The position numbers and the translations under genes were made by a program. DNA of 64,000 bases from Desulfomonilia bacterium (GTDB lineage: Bacteria > Desulfobacterota > Desulfomonilia > UBA1062): positions 358,174-422,173 of the forward strand of contig JBEKDT010000002.1 of assembly GCA_050014195.1 (NCBI GenBank), read 5' to 3'. The notes under the pieces are model-generated. The model had not been told where the DNA came from and did no database searches. It saw only the letters and a program-made list of their open reading frames with translations. This document shows positions 57,432 through 64,000 of the stretch, in pieces (positions within the stretch are counted from its first letter, which is position 1; each line of letters opens with the position of its first letter).

Positions 57432-58358
57432 TCACTTCAAAGATCCACCCACGTTTGCTTTCTTCTCTGCCGGGATCACCGGATTATCCCTGAGAATACG
57501 GATATTGCCTTTCTCTTCGATAGATCCACTGTATCCCCTCATAAGGGCTTCAGGATTCTCCAGCAAATCTTTGACCTCTTTCTGCAGCAATGAAACGTAA
57601 TATCCATGAAAAATGCGGTGGTCCATAGTCATGCATAGCTTCAAAACCGGCCTGACTACAAGTTTACCATTTTGCACCCAGGGCTTTTCTTTTATCTGGG
57701 TAATAACCATCAGAAGACCACTCCTTGCAACAGGGACAAGTGGGCCATATGCTGATTCAATACCTTGCATGCCCACTGATGAGATGATAGCCGACCCGAA
57801 AGGGTCATCCGGAAAGCCAAAGCGGGAGAGATCCAAATCGAATCTGTTGACAAGTACGCTTGCAATTTTCAAGATCCACCGGGTTAAAGAGATTGAAAAA
57901 TGCCCGAGGAGATCTTCGGCAGCCTGATATGTCGGTCCATGGTTGTTTCTCACCGCCATGGCTCCCTCCCGGATCTCACGAGCAATCTCGGATACACTCT
58001 TTTGATCAACATCCTTCAATTTTATTCCTGAAATATCATCACCGAATTTCGTTGAAATGAGGAGTTGAAAATCGACTGTTTTACGCCTGTAGATCCTGTT
58101 TGATTCTATCTTTGCATTTATCTGAGGATATTTTCGATAGGCCATAGCAAGAGCCTTGGTGCAAAGATGGGTGATAGTTATTTTTTCTCCTGTCAGCTTC
58201 CGCTGAGACTTAATCCAGGCAAGAGCATTGCTCATATCAATGCTGAGACTGCTGAATATAAACGGCTCTTCAGGGGTTTTCCACATGGCATTGGCCATCT
58301 TGAAAAAAGTTGGGACCTTTTTTACTTTGCTAAATCTGGCTTTTCTCATTCTCAACAT
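57432..58358 (-). CDS. Stand-alone 2-oxoacid-dehydrogenase E2-type acyltransferase catalytic domain
   Basis: KITITH, FGSAIISSVG, TMDHRIFHG; no lipoyl or E3-binding domain. Confidence 0.8.
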   Translation of the reverse strand: MLRMRKARFSKVKKVPTFFKMANAMWKTPEEPFIFSSLSIDMSNALAWIKSQRKLTGEKITITHLCTKALAMAYRKYPQINAKIESNRIYRRKTVDFQLLISTKFGDDISGIKLKDVDQKSVSEIAREIREGAMAVRNNHGPTYQAAEDLLGHFSISLTRWILKIASVLVNRFDLDLSRFGFPDDPFGSAIISSVGMQGIESAYGPLVPVARSGLLMVITQIKEKPWVQNGKLVVRPVLKLCMTMDHRIFHGYYVSLLQKEVKDLLENPEALMRGYSGSIEEKGNIRILRDNPVIPAEKKANVGGSLK

Positions 58359-58525
58359 GATTCCAACCCTCCTCTCAAGGTGAAGTCGGATATTCTCTTG
58401 ATTAGGGTCCTTGCTGTTGAAAAGGAAGAAGCTGGTCTACTAAATTAATTCAAGCGTTTTACCAGGAACAATCTAGTACTCAGATAACATTTATTCTTGA
58501 TTGTCTATAATTATGAGAGGTAACC

Positions 58526-59761
58526 TCATGCCTCGAGAGATCTGATAATTGCCATGCAATCCTCTTTGCCCATGATCTTGGGAACGGGATAGGTGGGGTT
58601 GCATTCATACAATGCACGTTCCGCGATGGTCGGGATGTCTTCATCTTTAATGCAGTCAAACTTGTTCGGAATGTTCATTCTGCTGTTCAGCGCTTTAACG
58701 GCTTCGATAAAAGCCCTGGCCTTTTGAGACCGGCTCATGCCGAACTTGGAAACACCGGCAACCTCCGCAAGCTCAGCCAGAGGTTTGTGCACTGCTTCGC
58801 CGAACCATTCAAGGATATAAGGCATGATAACAGACATGGCGAGACCGTGAGGAACACCGTACATGCCGCCGAGGTTATGACCGATCCCGTGGACATAACC
58901 GACGCCGCCGCGTGTGAATGAATATCCTGCATAATAGGAAGCAAGCAGCATCTGCCCGCGTGCCTCGAGGTCTTTACCGTTCTTATAAGCCTTTTCAACA
59001 TTGTTGAAGATCATCTCTACTGCCAGAACAGCCTTTATACGGGTTTCTGCATTGTTATAGAATTTTCCGATGTAGGACTCAACCGCATGGGTCAGGGCAT
59101 CCATACCTGTCGTTGCGGTAATGTGAGGCGGAAGACCAACAGTAAGTACCGGGTCAAGAACCGCGTATCTCGGACGGATAACAGGGTCGTTGATCGGATA
59201 TTTTTCATGCGTTTGCGTGTTCGATACCACGGCTGCTATGGTGGTTTCGGAACCTGTACCTGCTGTTGTCGGAACTGCGAAAAGGACCGGGGGGAAAAGA
59301 GATCCCATTTTAACCGCGGGCATTATTACCTTGAACAAACCTCTCATCTTTGTAACCGGACGGTTCGGCCGGGCAACCCGTGCGCCGGTAACCTTTGCGC
59401 AATCCATGGGTGAACCGCCGCCGAAAGCTATGATGGCCTGACAGTTGTTTGCCTTGTAGATCTTAAATGCAGCTTCGATGTTGTCGATGGTAGGGTTGGG
59501 TTGTACCTGGTCATAGAGTGAATACTTGATGCCTGCGTGACCGAGGGCCTCAAAGAGAGAATCGAGCAGGCGAAGACCCATAAGGCCGGGGTCGGTAACC
59601 ACAAGAACGCTGGTGATCTCTTTGTTTCTGATGACCAGAGGAAGTTTTATTATGCTGTCCGTGCCTTCGATGATCTCGGGTTCAATCCAGGGGATAAAAT
59701 TCATTCCAAAACCCATGATGAACTGATACGTACGATAATACGCCTTCTTTAATGCCCACAC
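58526..59761 (-). CDS. Iron-containing alcohol dehydrogenase
   Basis: GGGSPMDCAK, PTTAGTGSETT, GMDALTHAVE, HGIGH, PHG; RBS GGAGG before GTG 59761. Confidence 0.93.
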   Translation of the reverse strand: MWALKKAYYRTYQFIMGFGMNFIPWIEPEIIEGTDSIIKLPLVIRNKEITSVLVVTDPGLMGLRLLDSLFEALGHAGIKYSLYDQVQPNPTIDNIEAAFKIYKANNCQAIIAFGGGSPMDCAKVTGARVARPNRPVTKMRGLFKVIMPAVKMGSLFPPVLFAVPTTAGTGSETTIAAVVSNTQTHEKYPINDPVIRPRYAVLDPVLTVGLPPHITATTGMDALTHAVESYIGKFYNNAETRIKAVLAVEMIFNNVEKAYKNGKDLEARGQMLLASYYAGYSFTRGGVGYVHGIGHNLGGMYGVPHGLAMSVIMPYILEWFGEAVHKPLAELAEVAGVSKFGMSRSQKARAFIEAVKALNSRMNIPNKFDCIKDEDIPTIAERALYECNPTYPVPKIMGKEDCMAIIRSLEA

Positions 59762-59840
59762 GATGATTACCTCCCCGATGTTTGATTTCTCAGTTGATTG
59801 TAACACACCATAAAAGTAATTTCTATTACCCAACGCCCGT

Positions 59841-60051
59841 ATCCGTTCGCGTACTTATGCAGAAGGACTCGTATTGGGAGGGGACATGTTTCAGGAAGAG
59901 ATAGAGGAGATGTTAAAGAGGAAGGTAAAGCATGGGAAAAAGGAGAGGCCGAAGAAGAAGAGAGATAATGGTCTATGGCCCCATTTTTATTTCTTGCCGT
60001 TCGCTTTCTAAAAATTAATAACATAAAATGTTAGAAGTCAAGACTAGACCC
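59841..60051 (+). mobile_element. Relic of a REP-associated (Y1/RAYT-type) transposase C-terminus with terminal motifs
   Basis: Frame IRSRTYAEGLVLGGDMFQEEIEEMLKRKVKHGKKERPKKK followed by AATGGTCTATGGCCCCATTTT and AAGTCAAGACTAGACCC. Confidence 0.5.
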
Positions 60052-60062
60052 AAATATTTTCC

Positions 60063-63000
60063 CTAAGGTCCTGAAATATCCACGACAGTGATTCGTAGCC
60101 GGTGTCGATCTGCTTCAGGGATAAGTGATTCTAGTGCGATTTTGAGATCGGCTGCATTAGTTGGACGATTGATGCCATCAGGAAGCTTCGGCATCATCCG
60201 ATCCCTTGCCTCCCCTGACCATAGAACGAGATAAATGCCAAGTCCGCCAGCTTTTGCATCGCGAGTATATAAGCGATCAAGTTGTGTACGCCAAGCCGTC
60301 CAAAGTTCAGCGTGGTAGTGGTGTTTGACCTCTATAGGCAGAAGCCGTTCGGTTCCCTGCAAAACCATCAAATCGCATTCCTTGTCTGCAATCATGTGGT
60401 GTTCGACTGTAACGATAAGACCATGCGCCTTAATCCTGTGCTGTAGATCTTCTGCCAATAATCCCGAGCAAACTTCTTCGCGCTTTGGCTTGACGAGATT
60501 GCGCCCACTTTCGTTCCAATAAGCCCTGTACCTTTCTCTTTGTGTCCTTGTTATTTCATAAGCGAGATCACCAAGGTGAGCGACTATGAAGGCCAAGAGG
60601 TCATTGGGGGTGGCAGGTTCGCAATTCCGAATCGCTTCTGCGACTTGCTCAGGAGACGCGAATGTAAAACTGGATTCACGCCGCTGCTTTTCGTATTGCG
60701 CCCTATGATGTCTGATCAGATTGCGGTAGCTTGCCAAACCATCTTCATTTTCCAATCGTTCAAGTTGGGTACCAGCGTCTGCTGAACCTTCAGCTGCTAA
60801 CAGTTTTATTTGATTGGTGACAAATTCTGAGGCATCCCATGGGTTTCGACTACCACTCCAACCATTGGACGGATATCCAACATTGGTAAACCGCTGTCCC
60901 ACAGCCATAATTACTTCCGCGCGTTGTGCTGGTGTAAGACGGACAGCTCTCCTATTTTCATAATGGTCACCTTTGATGTTTTCTATGGCTTCCCATAAAG
61001 GGGTATCCGCTTCCGACATAAGGGTTCTCCATGGAGCCAGATACCTATTTGGATCAATAACGAAAAAGGAAGTGCTCCATATAGTCCGCACTTCCGCTGA
61101 CAATTCGTTCCGGGCAAGTTCGACCTCACCGATTACAAGGGCCTCCCGTTGATCCTGGTGCAGAAGAACCGATACCAGTTTGCCGACTGTTTCATGATCG
61201 TCATTGATTCCAGCCTTTAAAACTTCTGCTGATAAGGATGCTAGAAATTGTTGAGAATTTGGGTCCTGCTTAAGTATATAAAATCCGGGCAAATCTCTAC
61301 GTTTATTCATAGCACTCAAGATCCACATTTCCTTTAGAACGGATTTAACAACGCTTGGATTTTGACCCACTTCTTGAAGAATCCATGCTGATAGCGTTTC
61401 ATCTTGGCCCGGGACCTTGTCCCCGGAATTTAATTCAGTGACCACTGCCGCGATGCAATGCGACAGTGCTCCCTCGGGCACTTTCAGGCCCGCTTTGAGT
61501 CGTAAGAAGACCGACAGGCTCAATAAGATGTGAGTGCGAGGAATGCTATTCGCAAGCCAACTCTCGATTACTTCATCCTTCTTAGGAATGTTTGGATTTT
61601 CCGCATACCGGATGAATCCCAGGACAAGAGCGTCTGATATTTCGTCATTCGTCATGCTGACAAGGCGTTCTTGTGCGCTAGTGACGTTTTCAATTTCGTA
61701 GAAAAATCCTTCATAGAAAATAGCTGCCCATGCAAGTGCGCCCTCCTCTTTTCCTTCTTGAATGGTCGTGAGGCGAGGTTTGAGGAAGGCAATGTTTTTG
61801 GCACGGTTCACTGAATATTTGTGTCTTTCTTTCTCATGACTCTTCCACTGATCCTTTCTCCATTTTTCGATCTTGCAACTTTTCCAGTTCCCTAGTGCCT
61901 TTGCTACATCCTGTCGTCGTTCCAACAAATCCAGACCTGCTTCAGCAAGCGCAACAGAGCCTCCTTCCGCCGGAAACCAGGAAAGATAAATACGGAAGAG
62001 ATCTGCTGCATGTTCCGGATCCTTTTCTTTCTCAGCACGTGATAGGAAAAATTGACATTGGGGAATGGGCCACACCATCACTGGCAGCAATTGCCAAAGG
62101 TTGTGGGCAATAAAAAGCCAGAATGAATGTTCCTCTTTAGGCACGGCATTGACGAATAGTTCGAAAACCTCTTCAAAAAGAAATGGCTCCTGTTCAAATC
62201 GTGTTCTTAGAGATGCGATAGTTTTCTCGTCTTTGTGATCCCTGCTACCCCATATATGTCGAAGCCAATTGGCCAGTTGCATGGGCTTGATCGGTTCAGA
62301 GCTCTCAAGCCGACGCTTCAACCATTCATCGAAAATTGATCGAAGCCCGTAACGATCCTTATTAGTAGGCATCAGCACTCGTGATGCGTTATCGAGAATC
62401 AAATCCAAGTCTGCATCAGACGCCAAAGCGATCAGTGAATAAAAGCGGCCGATAGCACGCTGTTCTTCCTTGACTGAAGCAATCTGTTCCATGATCGAAA
62501 GCAAACGCGAGGCCACGCTGCTGAATGCCAGTGTTAGGCGGAGAATATCTATTCGTACTACAGGGGCTGTTTTGTCATCTTTTGCTTCGGCAAGTACACA
62601 GTCGAGAGCATCCAGTTGCACACAATCGTTTTGGACAGATTTGGCAAAAGCCTTTAATGCATTTGATCTAAGCCAGATATTGTCGTGTTTTTCCAACACC
62701 ATATCGCGTACAATCCCATCCAGCCCTATATTCTCTGTGCTATTGGTAATCGCTTGGAGGGCAGCGATTTTCAGATGAACTTCGGTAGTAGGGTCTTGGA
62801 GGAGTTCTCTAATGATTTTAGCTGTGTTTAGATTAGCGAGGTCACGAAACGTGCCGCGATCGTCATCGTTTGTAAGAAACCACGGATCTCTAAGTCGTCG
62901 AAGTCCTGTCCAGATTGCGCATTGTGCGCTCGGTGGCAAAACACTGGCGTCGCCATATGTAGCAACACCATAAGGATCAAGCTCGACGTAGTCCTCGGCG

Positions 63001-63887
63001 AGAGGTCCAAGCTTGCACATCATCCAGGCAAAAAGTCCTCGGAGCGAGGAAACTGGCCTCCCATCGACCCCGCATATAAGTGCCATTACTCGGTCAATTG
63101 GAAGGCCGCTCTGAATGCGCCGAGATAAATCCTCTGCAGCCAAGAATTCTGCAATTGTACGGTGGACAAATTCGAAGCGATCTACTCCTTGGGAGGTAAA
63201 AAGTCGCCGTCTTAAGACAGCATCAATGGCATTGCTGTCCGGATACGGCACAACCGAAAGCCTAAAATAACCATTTCCAACCACTGGCTCGACGCGCGAA
63301 ATGCCAACCGAGTTGGAAAGGAGTAAAACAGAAGCGGCTGCCCCTGCAGCTTTCCTCAAATCTATAAGATCAGGTCTGGCCACTCCACGCACAACATGCT
63401 GAATATTAGTTTCCTTAATCTGCTCAGAAATACCTATCTCATATGCTTCAAACTTGTTCTGTGGCCTCTTATGGCTTGCCCAAGCCCGCGCCAAGAGTTC
63501 AAGAGTCTGGGGGTTGCCAAGCAGCTTTCCGAGCCCTGCTGATTCGACTTCACCCAGAAATACAACCGGGTTCGGTACTACCCCCTGCACAGCATTCAGA
63601 ATTTCATCACGTGAGAGAGGCAGGAGTTCAAGAACAACGACGCGTCCGGTTGCGCTGGCTACCCTGAGAACATCTTGATCAATTGAGCCGAACCAGTCCG
63701 CCGCTCTGCACGATAATCGAAATTTCGGCTTTTTTAGAGAACACAGCGTCTTGGCAACTTCGGCGCTCGCATCTTGTCCGCTGGCAACTGTTCTATATTC
63801 GTCAAGTGCATCAAGGAATAGTGCATCACCTACTGCAGAATGAGGGTCAACCAGAAAATTTCGGACGGTCATGTAATTAGTGCCCAT
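60063..63887 (-). CDS. NACHT/STAND-like NTPase with C-terminal PD-(D/E)xK nuclease; 5'-truncated (no Walker A); probable defence protein
   Basis: Walker B LFLDALDE, LSCR..DW, LGNPQTL, FVHRTIAEFLAA; C-terminal ECDL...PIEVK...QL..LY...GIYLVLW. Confidence 0.7.
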   Translation of the reverse strand: MGTNYMTVRNFLVDPHSAVGDALFLDALDEYRTVASGQDASAEVAKTLCSLKKPKFRLSCRAADWFGSIDQDVLRVASATGRVVVLELLPLSRDEILNAVQGVVPNPVVFLGEVESAGLGKLLGNPQTLELLARAWASHKRPQNKFEAYEIGISEQIKETNIQHVVRGVARPDLIDLRKAAGAAASVLLLSNSVGISRVEPVVGNGYFRLSVVPYPDSNAIDAVLRRRLFTSQGVDRFEFVHRTIAEFLAAEDLSRRIQSGLPIDRVMALICGVDGRPVSSLRGLFAWMMCKLGPLAEDYVELDPYGVATYGDASVLPPSAQCAIWTGLRRLRDPWFLTNDDDRGTFRDLANLNTAKIIRELLQDPTTEVHLKIAALQAITNSTENIGLDGIVRDMVLEKHDNIWLRSNALKAFAKSVQNDCVQLDALDCVLAEAKDDKTAPVVRIDILRLTLAFSSVASRLLSIMEQIASVKEEQRAIGRFYSLIALASDADLDLILDNASRVLMPTNKDRYGLRSIFDEWLKRRLESSEPIKPMQLANWLRHIWGSRDHKDEKTIASLRTRFEQEPFLFEEVFELFVNAVPKEEHSFWLFIAHNLWQLLPVMVWPIPQCQFFLSRAEKEKDPEHAADLFRIYLSWFPAEGGSVALAEAGLDLLERRQDVAKALGNWKSCKIEKWRKDQWKSHEKERHKYSVNRAKNIAFLKPRLTTIQEGKEEGALAWAAIFYEGFFYEIENVTSAQERLVSMTNDEISDALVLGFIRYAENPNIPKKDEVIESWLANSIPRTHILLSLSVFLRLKAGLKVPEGALSHCIAAVVTELNSGDKVPGQDETLSAWILQEVGQNPSVVKSVLKEMWILSAMNKRRDLPGFYILKQDPNSQQFLASLSAEVLKAGINDDHETVGKLVSVLLHQDQREALVIGEVELARNELSAEVRTIWSTSFFVIDPNRYLAPWRTLMSEADTPLWEAIENIKGDHYENRRAVRLTPAQRAEVIMAVGQRFTNVGYPSNGWSGSRNPWDASEFVTNQIKLLAAEGSADAGTQLERLENEDGLASYRNLIRHHRAQYEKQRRESSFTFASPEQVAEAIRNCEPATPNDLLAFIVAHLGDLAYEITRTQRERYRAYWNESGRNLVKPKREEVCSGLLAEDLQHRIKAHGLIVTVEHHMIADKECDLMVLQGTERLLPIEVKHHYHAELWTAWRTQLDRLYTRDAKAGGLGIYLVLWSGEARDRMMPKLPDGINRPTNAADLKIALESLIPEADRHRLRITVVDISGP

Positions 63888-64000
63888 CCGGAAACCCTTG
63901 TTTACAAAGAGCCAACGCTCTGAAAACGGGTCGAATTATCCCCTTCTTTGCCTTTAATATGTCCGATATACGCTCAGAAGGGAAGATATCTCCATTTTTG
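63877..64000 (-). mobile_element. Probable IS end (transposase 3' end and terminal inverted repeat)
   Basis: Open frame from the window edge ending ...CKQGFPDGH*, with the stop at the edge of GTGCCCATCCGGAAACCC; it abuts the truncated NTPase gene. Confidence 0.45.

Noticed and set aside
1-64000. rRNA, tRNA, riboswitch or CRISPR array
   Set aside because: None recognised by eye in any intergenic region; an Infernal/tRNAscan run would be needed to exclude them.

Overview
This 64-kb window is most likely from an anaerobic deltaproteobacterium (Desulfobacterota-like; an inference from gene content only). The left half (1-32 kb) is a patchwork of metabolic and signalling genes: dusB, acyl-CoA ligase, 2-hydroxyacyl-CoA dehydratase subunit, aspartate kinase, a CheB-CheR fusion with PAS kinases, motAB, ada, VIT1 and a BON protein. 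It also has a nonsense-split hybrid kinase and attC-like relics. The right half (about 33-60 kb) looks like a membrane-lipid island. It holds a YghO/bacterial-ceramide-synthase-like GNAT, an Aur1-like PAP2 protein, a B12 radical SAM enzyme, an EptA-like transferase, an ABC exporter, a second GNAT, a His/Cys lipoprotein and a PPTase. It continues with a 2558-aa iterative FAS/PKS (FabK-like x2-KS-AT-ACP-KR-DH, no release domain), a divergent PlsA/Ger-type ether-lipid enzyme, an SPT-like oxoamine synthase with a decayed SDR behind it, a stand-alone E2-type acyltransferase and an Fe-ADH. The window ends with a Y1-transposase relic and a large NTPase-nuclease (probable defence gene) whose 5' end appears cut by an IS. 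I saw no rRNA, tRNA or CRISPR array. All calls come from reading motifs by eye; no database searches were run.
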